Assembly: GCA_051530055.1 (NCBI GenBank)
Contig: CM121342.1
Location: forward strand, 13,097,480-13,161,479
Length of the DNA stretch: 64,000 bases
Origin: Neoechinorhynchus agilis
Taxonomy: Eukaryota > Animalia > Acanthocephala
Direction: 5' to 3'
Every line of letters starts with the position of its first letter. The stretch's first letter is position 1. Under the pieces are notes generated by a model. It searched no databases. It worked only from the letters and a program-made list of their open reading frames with translations, and had not been told where the DNA came from. The position numbers were made by a program, and so were the translations under genes. This document shows, one piece after another, positions 11,118-23,900 of the stretch.

Positions 11118-12607
11118 ATGGAATCATATTCGCCCGAGCATATTCGGAGGTATTCTCGCCAAATCATATGCACCGATTTAATCGGACGAACAGGTCAAAT
11201 CGCAATCCAAAAGGCACGCGTATTAATTATAGGATGTGGCGGATTAGGATCAATTGTTATAATGTACCTTGCTGGAGCTGGAGTTGGCCAAATCGATTTG
11301 ATGGATCATGACGTGTGTGAAGTCCAGAATCTCCATCGGCAAATCATCCACTCTGAGCTAAGTGTTGGCCAAAATAAAGCTCATTCGGCAGAGAGTTCCA
11401 TTCGGAGACTTAACTCTTCCATCAAGACAAATACGATCACTACCAGAATGCATCAGCGGTTCCAAATCGACTTTCTTTGTAATCTCCTTTGTTTCGTTCA
11501 AAACTTGAACAAAATTCATCACTTGCGTACGTGGTTAGTTTTGTAAGAACGATAACAGGTGACTAGGTTTCTTTTAAATCCGTTTTAAAGGAACCAATTT
11601 AAGGAGCGAATATGCTAATGTCGTAAATCTTTTAAAAAATCATTTTCGTTTACAAACTTTCGCATGCACTGTTTCTAATGGAATAAAAGATAGGCGAAGT
11701 TTTTCGCGCTAAGTTTATCATTTTGAACCCGAGTTTCTGATATAATAACAACATCCCTTACTTTCATTTTGTTCGTGCTTCGGAAATCGCTGAAATAGAG
11801 GACAATACTGATCTTGACTTTGGAGCGTACAACGTGATTGCAGACTGTACAGACAATCCCGAAGCCCATTGTGCCATTAGTAAGATAGGTCAAAAACATG
11901 AAATCCCAGTTGTATGGGCATCCGTAGTCACTTCGCGTGGGCAAATGACTGTTTTACACCCGAGCGGACCGTGTTACCGTTGTATTGTACCAGAGAATCC
12001 TCGAGACGAATACCGAGTAAAGGGATCTACTCATGGTATTTTTGGACCTTCAGCTGGCTTAATGGGATGCATGCAGGCGACTGAGGTGATGAAACTGATA
12101 ACCCATCCTTATGATTTGGACAGGCTATTGATTGGCCGTCTACTACTTGTGGACTGCGCTTGCTACTCATTGAGAGTAATCCAAGTTTCTAAGCAGGCCA
12201 ACTGTCCCGTTTGTGGAAACGGGCAGACCGAACATCTCGAAATTAGTGTATCCGTTCTCAATAACGTTAAAGGGATCAGACCGACTGAGTTAAAGCAAAT
12301 GTTGCCGGCCGATGATATGATCATTGTGGATATCAGACCACAGGAGCATTTCGAAATTGCTCATATTGAAAAATCGATCAATTGTCCATTCGAAGACATG
12401 AGTCAAATTAGAAACTGGCACAATGAACTCACAAAAATTGTGGAAATCAAAAATCGAATAGTAATTGTGTCAATCAATGACCATGACTCCCAAACTTTGG
12501 TCTCAAAACTTCAAGAGTTAAACTTACTGTCCAAGAGCAAAGTATTCTACTTAATTGGTGGACTTTGCAAATGGAAACACGTCCACAGGTCCTTTCCACT
12601 TTATTGA
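11118..12607 (+). CDS. MOCS3: MOCS3/UBA4 adenylyltransferase + rhodanese-like protein (at least 2 exons)
   Basis: RYSRQI, GCGGLG, NLHRQIIH, IADCTDN, GPCYRC, CPVCG and a C-terminal rhodanese fold ending FPLY. The exact exon junction between ~11455 and ~11800 is unresolved. Confidence 0.9.
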
Positions 12608-14033
12608 TTAAATTTGGCATGTATCTTGCCCGATAACAAATAGACCTAAACGTTTTTAGCAACGAATGGTCGATCAGCATTAGTTTGTACATTTTCCTTC
12701 AGCGTAGTCACAAAGCACCAGTCAACCAAAATGAAGGTCCTAACCGATTTAATTTTTTTCGCTTTCGTCGCTATATGCACTGATATATGGCAGCTAATGC
12801 CTTCCACTTCTATCAGGGCAAAAAATCGGGATCGTGAATTCTGTACTTGAGCCGCCCATAACTTGGAGTGCGCATTTGCGAACTTCGCATACAAGCAAGT
12901 TTAGGTTATGTGCAGCCCTTCTATCTTCTTTTTATCAATACCAAAATCTATGTAATGTTATGGATATAATAACAAAACTCGGATCATCCGACATTCTCCT
13001 TCGAGAAATGCAAGCCCGATGGGATTTTTAATAAACATTGAAACGGATATCATTGACAATAAAATAGCAACTGCGATTGGGTAAATGAACCATTTGATTG
13101 CTGGCTAGACGGTTAATTTTTCAATCAGGGAATGAACATCTTAGTCCTCAAGTGATATATAGCTATTGAGTGCAATTACAACTTCTATAATTCCTTTTTG
13201 TCTTTTTAACAGCGATAACCTAGATATTTGATGGTGAGATGGGATGCCAATATTTGCTCCAGGATGGAGGTAAATAATATCATTTCTTTAGAAAAATCAG
13301 GGATAAGATGACGATAAGGAAAGGAATAGAGATTCCTTACCGATCCTCGGGATCTTATTATTAGCGAAAAATTTACGGGTGACATTAAGAAGCTCTTTAA
13401 AAAGAGACAAATCTGGAGGTTCGATTGATTCACAGGGGTGATCCAGCATTACGCTGCATCCTAACAAGGACGATGAACCAAGGAAAAAGCCACGATGCCG
13501 ATATTCTGCCTCATGTGCAAGTATGCGGGTGGCAATGTCCAAGGTCGGACCACTCCGCCAAGGCCACTTTGCATGATGTTCAATAATGCGCACAAGAACG
13601 AATCGGGGTCATAACGCATTGAACCCAAAGGCGACCTCCTACGTTTCGACATGACGGGCTATGAACACCACACAATGTTCTACCCAGGTCAAGACGTAAA
13701 ACTTTCTACGGCAATAAGGTACAAAGCCAAAGATCCGTTGGAGATTTCGTTTGCGGAAAAACAGCTCATTTCGCATGAGGTGAAAAGTGAAACTGAATGC
13801 TCGTAGGGATGAGATGGCCAACGTGAGACCTGTTATTGTGCTTAACCGAAGGGAAAAGTTAGCTTACTCAATGACTTTGTTTTAACTCTTCCTTTAGATT
13901 GTTACGTGGTCCAAAATAAAACATTTGTTTCAATCGCGTAAATTACTGAATACTATGGCTTGATTTAAAAGATCTGCTATAAGTTCCTTCTGTAGAATCC
14001 CAAATAGTCGTTAAAGAGTCACTAAAACATGAT

Positions 14034-16558
14034 TTAATGTTGATTAAAACAACCACACGGAATGTTCGCTTGTGTATTCATACAGCACAGCTGATACTGA
14101 AATTGACTATCCCACCAACCGTTTGGATCTATTCTGCCTTCCGGTTCGTTAGACCGTATTACTCTTTTTCCTTTGAAAAAGAAGTCCGCATCTCTCTCAA
14201 TATATTGCTCAATTTTTTCAACAGCATCAGCAGGCGAGCACGATTGCGTATCGTGATGATGAAATCCACTAAATATGTGAGAAGATGAGAACTGAGTTAT
14301 ATCATTGACCATAATCTTATACCATTTTCCAATATGCATAATGCGGCTGAAAGCAATTTTACATTTCATAATTTGCGGTTCCTTAAATTTCAAAAGTTGT
14401 AGCATTGTCCAATCCCAATTGTAGTCATTGTACGAACAAAAGAACTTAGAGATTAGTAAAACTAAAATACAATACGCTGCATTTAATCTTACATTAGCAT
14501 GCGCTTGTAAGCGATTCCAAATTCTTTGACTAAATACGGCTGATGCTAGACTGTAGTAGCGGTAGGTACCCACGAATATCGCGTCAAACAATTCTTTATC
14601 CCCAAATGATGTGGAATGAAAATGCCCAATCGTCATCAGTTCATCGCTGCAATCCCTACGTTCAAGGAATATTATTAAGCTGCTTACATCCCGAAAAAAC
14701 ATACGGAATGGATTCCATTTGTTTTATCATGTGTACGGCATCCGGTAAGATGTAGAAATCCTCTTCCAGCAACCAAACTTTCGTATTACTGTTCATTATC
14801 CGCAAATGTTCGAACACAAAATTCAGCTTTTCGCAAATTCAAGACGTTTTTTGGTCAACATAAGTTTTGCCCACCTTCCACCACCAATGATGTTTTAATG
14901 CCCCGGCTTCGATATTGAGAAATTGCCTTCTCTCCTCTTCTGTTAAGCCGGAACTGCATTCGGTGTTATTTAGTCTAAATTGGTTCGCGTTTTGAATTCG
15001 AAAAGCAAGCTTAGTGATATTTTTGATCACAACTAAACTATCTTTATCGACATAAAATTCTTCGGGATAATCAAGTTATAATCTTGGTGAACATAATCCC
15101 GAGCATGGCATATTTGAAATATTTCACGAGGTAACCTCGTCTCTTCAGTCATTGTAAATTAATCTAATCGACTAGATACGTGACTGATGAGGAGAGGTTA
15201 CCTCGTAAAATATTCCAAATAATATATAATGCACGTTAGTATGCTCACCACAATTCTTGGACTATCTTTGTGTGCGGAAAATAACTATTTATTTGTTTCA
15301 AATGTTTTTGTAGATGATTGCTGCTCTTTGGAAGGTGATTGATATACGATTCTAAAGTCATGTACTATTTCGAAGTGACACTTTTGTACACTGGCTTCAT
15401 AGGCACGAAACTTTTAATGAGTTCTGACCACTCTTGACTTAAACGTAACAACATCCAAGCCAAACACAATTTTAGACTTACATTGCACTCGCACTTGAGT
15501 TTTGACAAGTTCTCAAAGAATCAGGCGGATAACCATGCGGGTATAATTGTCTCATGTATGGGTAGAAAATTTGAATAACCTAGAAAGACGATTCAAATTA
15601 TTGAATGATTCAATTCATGCTTCAAATATATCTCACCGAAATATTTTTGATTGATTGTACAGCGGTGTTTAAATAGCTGTTGTAAAAGTTTCTCGAAGAG
15701 ACAGTGTTTAATTTTCATCAGACGTTTGAATATCTTAGAGTTTAAGGCATCGACGATCGTGGATCTCGATGAGTTAATTCTATCTACTGAAAGAGCTTAA
15801 TCGAATTTTGTTTTACAATGGAAAAGTGGTTTTTATAAAAGAAACAATACTGTGCGTTCTATTTTCCAACACTAAAATTGACCACCATTCGTCGAAGGTA
15901 ATAATCGAACTATAAATTTAGACCAGGGAGCGACTGTAAAATTTCACTAATAATCCTTTCGACACAACTTGTGAAAAAATACCGGCACATTTCTTCTTTT
16001 GGCTGCTGCATCTGTATAACCCCAATAATTTAGTGTACGTTTAAGGGGAACTAAGTTTTGGCTTAAAGGATTCTGAGCTTACGCAAATTTTTGGTAATTC
16101 AACATTGGTCAAGATCACGCCGATTGATTTGGTTTGACATATGCTCGCAACCTTAGACAGCAGCTAAATATTTTTGAATCGTATGCATCATGCGAAAAAA
16201 CGAGGACTGTCTCGGTTTCGATTCCTTTAACTCTCGTCAAAGACCGAATCATCTGACTAAGGTACTCAAGACGGTCGTGCACCTGAATTAGCGCAATTAT
16301 ATTATTTCTGCCTTCTTTAAAAATTCCAGGATTTCGCATTTCCTGTACGCTGTTTATTTCCTTGATTTTCATCTCGAGGTCCGGATCATTCGATTGACCC
16401 TCTCGTAATCCTTGATTGAAAGACTCGCAGAACAATTCACCAGGAACTCGCATGAAATTAGTGTTTTCAGCCTCTTTTTTAGCATTTGGAAGGTATGTGA
16501 GCTGAAGTACAAGTATGGTAGCTACAATAACAAGAACAATACTCGATCGTCTTTTCAT
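14034..16558 (-). CDS. MGAT2: Alpha-1,6-mannosyl-glycoprotein 2-beta-N-acetylglucosaminyltransferase (GnT-II), multi-exon
   Basis: N-terminal TM anchor; IQVHDRLEYL and VFSHD (exon ~16170-16558); KHHWWWK (~14870); LLEEDFY (~14760); FCSYNDYNWDWTM. Confidence 0.88.
15111..15221. repeat. Intronic fold-back with head-to-head hammerhead cores
   Basis: Arms 15111-15151 / 15181-15221. Minus strand TGA-CTGAAGA-G-ACGAGG-TTA-CCTCGT-GAAA-TAT-T-TCA is intact; the plus-strand copy (CTGATGA...AAAA) is degenerate. Confidence 0.85.
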
Positions 16559-16743
16559 TTATGAGTTGAGCGAAGATTTAAAGACGAGCGGAGACCTTAA
16601 ATCACAACACGTTGTATTTTTAATGTCGCGTTGAGTCACACTTTTAAGTTTTCAACACTATGAAGTTTTTTTTAAAGTTTTACAATTTATTTTAAAATGA
16701 TTAAATCGTCCCCCGGACGCTGACCGCATTTCCTCGTTGGATT

Positions 16744-16792
16744 GCGAGGCTTATTCTTTGTATCAGGAAAATCCTCTCGCGTCGCTCCCCTG
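16744..16792 (+). pseudogene. Possible internally deleted U1 snRNA fragment
   Basis: GCGAGGCTTATTCTTTGTA resembles U1 stem-loop II (GCGAGGCTTATCCATTGCA) and TCGCGTCGCTCCCCTG resembles the U1 3' end. No 5' ACTTACCTG and no Sm site. Confidence 0.3.
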
Positions 16793-17514
16793 TTTCTGCT
16801 GCAAGTCGTCTTCCGAGTTCGGCACAAAAGCTTCGTGCCGAAGATCCCTCGTTTTTTTTATTTTTTTTGAACTGTGGAAAAAAGTCACGTAGGTAGCTTG
16901 AACCTTAAACTTTGTAAATTTAATTATGTTATTGGGAATTGGGAACGTAAGTTTATCAGCTTTTTATTTTTTTAACGTTAATCTACGATGCATGAAGCGC
17001 GTCCATCTTCAGGATACGTATTGTAAAATCTGATTTATTTCGAAGATCACTTCCTTTTAAAATCAAACATTAACAGTTCCGTTGATGCTCAGTAAGATTT
17101 ATTGACTGTTTGGATATAGCAAGGCGATTTCCTTTCTTTAGGCATCGCCTATCGTTTGTTTCATAATGTCAACGATCAGATAAATAACTCAATAGTTCAG
17201 CCTATCGTTTTATCTCAGAAGGACCAAATCTGCGATTTGCTCAGTATTACAAACTGCTGCAATCTAACCGCCGTTTGATACAGGGTAATGCGAGATTGGA
17301 ATCCGACTTCAATCGTCGTCCGGGTATGTTCATCGGGTTAGATACTTTATAACATGCGTTTACGATAAACAGGTCCGTGTTGATGAAGAAGATTATCACG
17401 ACATTTCGGGTTATTGCTCTTTGGTGTGGGAGTCGATTGAGAATATCCGGTTGGGTTGGAAGGCCCGTTCTGTTTGGAAAATTATTAGGTCAAAAGTGAT
17501 AACAAAATTCCCCG

Positions 17515-17805
17515 TGGGGAGCGGCTACTGCCGCGGAGGACCGAAAGGTGGCGAAATATAGAGAATTAAGTAGGTCTCACGTTTTTGTACCCTTTGGAGT
17601 GGAGACTCTTTGTGCGCTCGGTAGCTCGGCACTTAGATTTACGAAGGAGTTATCGACTAGACTCCAGGCCAAGACAGGAAATACAAGAGCTGGTGCCTTC
17701 CTGCGCCAAAACATTGGTCTCGCGATCCAAAGAGAAAACGCAGCGAGCGTGGTCGCGACCACTGAGGGGAGAGCAATGCCTCTTCTTCGTGGTCGGTGGT
17801 GATTG
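17515..17805 (+). mobile_element. 3' tail of a CRE-clade retroelement (RLE C-terminus)
   Basis: AAEDRKVAKYREL...FVPFGVETL...FLRQNIGLAIQRENAASVVAT. Confidence 0.8.
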
Positions 17806-17949
17806 TTGAAACGTGTTGTTGATGTGTGTTTGTTTCGTTTGTTAAAAATTTAAATATTCAAACAAATGTTTCAAAAACAACTAGTGATTTATTCATTGGT
17901 GCAATTATGACTTTTCGAGTAGAACTACATTGCAGATCTCTATTTCGTT

Positions 17950-20900
17950 CTACGCCTTTCGGACTGTTATTTGAGCACCGCATTGACTTTGTCGGTTTTG
18001 AAGCGTGGCCTTGCAAGTATAAACTCCACCATCTTCATGCAATACATTCGGTATGAACAACATGCCTTTTCCATGATCAAAAACTAACTAAAAACAAGAA
18101 ATGTAAAAGTTCTGCTCATAAAATTATATAGTTTTCCGAAATAGCTGCTATCATTTGTGCAGATTAATGAAATGCTGCTTAGACGACCGGAAAATGCCTT
18201 GAGTTTCTACTAACGGACGGAAATACCCGAGAAGCCAGCAATTTGGTTCAACATATGTGCTCAAAAAACAAATCATTTAGGATTCCCATTAAATTCTACG
18301 CCAAGAACATGAGACTTACCTCAAGATTTTTTGAACTAATCAGCGGCTTATTATCTTTTAACCAATTGATTTTACAACCATTTTCCGCTTCAAATTTAAG
18401 TGTCAATGATTCATTTCCAATTACAGCGCAACTTTTTATCGTATCGATGAATAAACTGCCTGCTTCTTTATTTATCGCTTCGGTTACAGTCACCTTAGTT
18501 GTCGAGCATTTTTCATCGCCGGACGATGTAGTTACTTTACATTGGTAAGTGCCGGAATCACTCTTCTGAATTCCAAAAATTCGTAAAATGCGCAATTCAT
18601 TACAGTCGATAATCTCTATTGAAGTTCGGTTATCAGTCAAAAGAATATCGTTTCTTGTCCATTGAGATTTACCACCATCGATAGTCCATATTGAACACGC
18701 TAACTCAGCCCAATCGCCTTCTCCAACGGATATTGTAGGTGGAAAATGTTGAAGTACCTTAACACTTGTCTCTAGGCTTTCCACCAAATTAAGCTTAAAC
18801 TTTCGTTCCTCACTTTTAACTGAGCATGAATACTCGCCGGCATCTTCTTTGCTTAATTTAAGAATTCGTAGACTTCTCAGGTTTGTCTGAGTATCATCCG
18901 ACCGCCTTACTCGAGAGGGTGGCGGCATTTTCCCTTCTTGTCGAGACCAAATCACTCGTTCTTGGCAAACACATTGAACACAGACGTCAGCTCCCAGGAT
19001 GGCACGGACCTCTGATGGTAGGAATTTTATTGCACCATCTTTCGTAGTTCTACTGAATACCTCAATAGCTTTCACTTCACATGAACATTGAGACGAGCCA
19101 ATCGCATTGTATAATTTTGCCGTATAAAGACCACAATCTTCTTTAGAAAAACGACGTATAGTGAGTGTACTGATACCCGATGAACTCGTGGAGATTAGAC
19201 TGTCTCGTGAATTTTCTATCGCGACATTTTTTCGGTACCATGCCAAGGACGATGTAGGTGGATCGAATTTCACTTTCAAACATGCTAAATCTCCGATCGG
19301 AATCTCAGACGATGCTGGTAGTTGAGACAGAAATCTTGGAGCTTTAGGACCATCATCTTCCAACTTCTTACTACTTCTCATCTTTTTAATCTCGGCATGT
19401 TTGGAGCGAACGTCTTCAATAAACTTTTTGACCGCTGCTTCCGCTTGATCTTGAGCCAATCCGCGTTTTCTGTGCTCTGTGATCTTGTCCTCAACTTCGC
19501 GATGAATTTTGTTTACTTCGTCCGGTGTGAGATCGAGCTCAAGTGCAGCTTTTATTACCAAATCCCAATAAGCAGGTAATTTTGCTGGTTTAATGTTTAA
19601 ACGACAACTAACGTCCGCCTGACCCAATCGATTTCTGGCAACGCATTTCACAATACCGTCGTCCGTCATTCTGGAATCTACTATTGTGAGTGAACAAATC
19701 ATTCCATCAAAATCGGTCTTTATCCGTCCACTAGATACAACCGATTTCCCATTCATAAACCACTGGACTCGAGCACGTGGGTCAGCATTGAGATTTACGA
19801 TAAATTTAGTAGCATCTCCCTCGTTCAAACTTATATCCTGGAGGGTCGAAGAAAACAAAGGAGCCGAAGTGCTCTTTGGTGCATCTACCAAAGAAGCCTT
19901 AATGCCTCCAAAGCGGATATGATCTTCGAGCTTTTCAATCATTTGAACACCACTGGGACTTAGTGAGCTCTGATAGAAAATTTGCTTTGTCGCTTGGCAC
20001 ATTAGCTGCGTCCTTGTTTTATCCTCGCCGTACTTGTTTTTGGCCACACATTCATAGATACCGCTGTCCTCTGGTAAAAGCTGGCGAATTTCGAGAACAA
20101 CATATCCCATGTCAAACATCACCGATATTCTATAATATGGAATCTTGAATTGCCGTCCTTATAACTTGAAATTTGTAACATTGTTAGCACTAAAAATTTA
20201 TTTTACACTACTGTTAAAAGACCGGCATCCATTTGTTAAGATTATTGCAATTTAGTGACAAAAGTGCATTTAAATACGCTCGAAATCAGAGTCAATAGGT
20301 ACCATTATGTCGATTTCAAACGATCACAGAACCAATGTTTCTCTACTTATTAAAAGAGGAAATAAAATGAGCTTTTGCTTTTGGTTATCATTTATATGAT
20401 ATTATGGCGTTAAACTATAAAGCAAAAATTATTGTAGTTTGAAGATTTAATACTCTTTTTCGGTCGAAATGTAAGTGTAAGCACGTACATGAATATATAT
20501 TCTCGAGTAGGCAATAAATTTTAAAAATGCAGCAAATGTTGTCCAAAATTAGTGCTCATCTAATATTTTAATTTATAGCCGCAAAACCTACAAACTCCAT
20601 TTCTCTACCCTATCTATTGATCAAATCAACGAATTTCAGCTCTAACCGCAGTCGACGCGTTTCCGCGTAAAAAATCGGCTTAAAAAATCGAGATTCCATA
20701 ATGTATCACCGGCTTCTAGCTTAGCATCGTTTTTGTACCATTGGACAATCATTCCGGGATCATTTATGGGAACCACGGTTACTTGAAGTTTGCAGCCATG
20801 GCTTTCGATACAGTCGATGACTGGAGGAAGATGAATCTTAAATGAAGGGGCCCTTCTGTCTGCTTCCTTGTACACATCGCCACTGCTGATTATCTCCATT

Positions 20901-23900
20901 GATTGTTCATTCGATGTTCCAATAACAGGCCGGGATCTTTTTAGCTGTGCTAAAAACATTTTGCCCACATTCGGTTGTTGCTCTGATTTTCTGTGCTGAA
21001 ACTCAACTGATTTCAAATTTGTTGGCGAAAACGAAGTAGTTTCACCAGTTCGACCGACTCCACTACTTACCTGTGGATTAATGACAATGATCTTACAAGC
21101 AGAAGTAGCAGTGCCAGCGGAATTGGACAGAATGCATTTAAACCACCCGCTGTCAGATCGATTTGCTTTGGCCAAAGAAAGACTGCATAGATTGTGTGAA
21201 AATGTCGTTTTATATACATTTCCCACAGGTATATCATCCTTCGTCCATTCAATGGACGGACTCGGACTTCCAGACACAAGAGCTTCGATGTTCAGTGGAC
21301 TGCCTTCATCAACAATGCGACTCTCAAGTTCGTGTTCAAACTGTGGAGCGATTGCATCTTCATTATCGTAAACCATACTAATATTCACGAGACGTTGAAA
21401 TACTCCTTTCGAGTTTTCTATAACACAAATCAACTTTGCTTTATTTTCCTTATCTTGTTGTGATTGAATTGCGTCTAGAATAAACGATACCAGCACAACG
21501 CCTTTCTGCTCATCCTTGATGACTTTTATCTTATCACTGACATCAACTCCACTTAACATCCATTTAATCTTACACTCCGTAAGATGAGTCGGTTTAAAAA
21601 CGAACTCTACCAACTTGATTTGACTATTCACGTGAATAATACTTGGGAACATATTGAACCCTTCATCGGCCTCGATACTCAACAGTTGTTTTCTTTGGTG
21701 CAGACTTTCAAGTGCAGTGTACGAACTTTTCGCAATGTAGGGAGTTTCATCAATATCAGGCACAAGATTTAACTTAAGATCACATTCGCTAATTACCTCT
21801 CCACCGGAGTTTCTTATTTTCACAATGTAATGACCAATATCTCGCTTGTTTGTCATCATGAAATGGAGTGCAACAAGACCAGTGTAAGGGTCATAATGAG
21901 GAATCAGACGCTGTGAGTCTTCAATCGGCTTCCCATTATGGTACCAATCAAATTGTGGAAGAGGATAAGCGTCCACTGTACAGTACAGAGATACAGGTGT
22001 TCCTTCAATACTTATTTGCTCTTCCATTGGTTTTACCAAAACCAATCTATATTCACGTTCAAGAGGTTCGAACACCTCACTAACTTTGAACTCATCCATT
22101 TGCTTCAGTCTACCAAGGGTATCCTCACCGACAATCGGTCCTTTATCAACTCCGCCAGTGTATTGTTTCAGGATTCTACGATTTAAAGCTTCAACCTCAT
22201 CTAACCTATTCTGCGGAATGTAAGACGTACAATCAATCGGTACCCAATCAATCGGCATCCATTCACGTGTAGCCCGTTCGAATTTTTCAAATCGCTCCAT
22301 TGGAACCTTGGCCGATGTGTCGATTTCGGGTCTCAAGTCCGTTAGTAAAGGTTTTTCCTTTAAATCTAAAGCTGCGTATTTCGAAAAGTCCGATGTAATC
22401 GCAGTATCAACGATAGATTTTGTCTTTGAGACTTGTACTTTCGCTGCTGTTTGTACCTGATTCACCGGATTGGTAGCTGTGAGTGTATAGGAACCTGCAT
22501 CACCGATGCTGACTCCCTTAATTCGCAAAAATAGTGTGTTACTCAACAAGTCGTAATGGCTCGTGAATCTGTTGGCATTTGGTATTAGTTTTCCATCACG
22601 CAACCACTCAAACTTCGGCAGCGGTGATCCACGTACAATTGTGCTCAATATTATTGAATCACCTTCGGTGCATCCAATGTCCTTCAAAGGATCAATTATA
22701 GCTACAGCCATCGCGGGGGTCTCTTTCTCCGTTACTGGTTTCCCTGCTGCCAACTGAAGTTCCAGTTTACGAATCGAATTAAACTTTTCGGAAGGCTCAC
22801 TTTCAACGCCAGCCGTGATATCTTTCAATGGAATTCTCTTTTCTTCCAATCCGGCGTATCGCGTTAGATCTCTACTTGTTGACACGTCAATCGATTGTAT
22901 TGGTTGGACGCTGACAGAAGCTTCAGTTTGAACATCTCCAACACCGTTTGTAGCTCTCAATCGATATAAACCAGCGTGGTCGCGAGTACACATAGGAATG
23001 TATAGCGGTTGTTCTTGGTTCATCTTATGACAAGAATTTGCTATAACTGAAACCATATAGTTAAACTATTCTTCAATGTACACAAACAGCTTAAACTATT
23101 TGAGTACCGTAAATAGAAATTTCCGATCTTTCGTCAGGTACATTTCCTTAAATCCAATGCTTATCAGTTCTACTGAAGTATATTCGCTACGGTGTCTAAA
23201 TTTCAATTCCACTAAGTAGTTTTCGTACCTTTTACTAGACTCTTGGGCATACTTTGCTGAAGGCTTAACAATTTTTGATTTAACAACGCTTAATTTTACA
23301 CAATATCCTTTCAAATATTTTTCTGTGAATTCATTGAGCAAATCGTGCACTAATAAGATTAACGTAGAGATTCAGTTAAAACCCCTGCTAAAAATTCTTT
23401 GCGACAACATTTAAACGCTCTCGAATCAGCAAAATCATGATAGTCTGAGCTCGTTTGCAAGGTATGCCAACAATCTCCTACAAAAATAAAACAAGAACAA
23501 CTGCCCTAAAGGAACACTTCCTGCGTTTGTAAATTGTAATTTATTGAGCACTGGTTAGAGCTTTGAATCTCTCTATCATCTTTGTGCCACGAAATCTAAA
23601 GAAGCAAATAGATGGGGTTTTGTAAAAAACAGCATACATTGCATATTGGATTAGGTTTATTGAGTTTTGCTGATAGAAATATGGGTTGAAGTTCAACAAC
23701 GGAAACTTGCTTTAGTTGTTCAATGAAAACCGGCGCAAGTCTGTCTCGTTTCGAGATAACTTCAACTAATGGTCGATCTTTGTCTGCATCAAGCTTTTTT
23801 ATAACATCCATATTTTTAGCGTATGACCTTTGATCAACTCCGGGCTCAATGACCACCGTCGTTTGTACTCCCATGTTATCGAGACGAGTTAGAATACCCT

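Noticed and set aside
13206-13821. Minus-strand fragments resembling RT/RNase H (IKYLGY, LQRIFGFVPYCRRKF)
   Set aside because: The motifs are short, out of the expected order and lack YxDD; not supportable by eye.
16725-16750. TTCCTCGT / TCCTCGC as an HDV-like ribozyme L3 loop (also 5719)
   Set aside because: No P3 or P1 pairing could be built around either motif.
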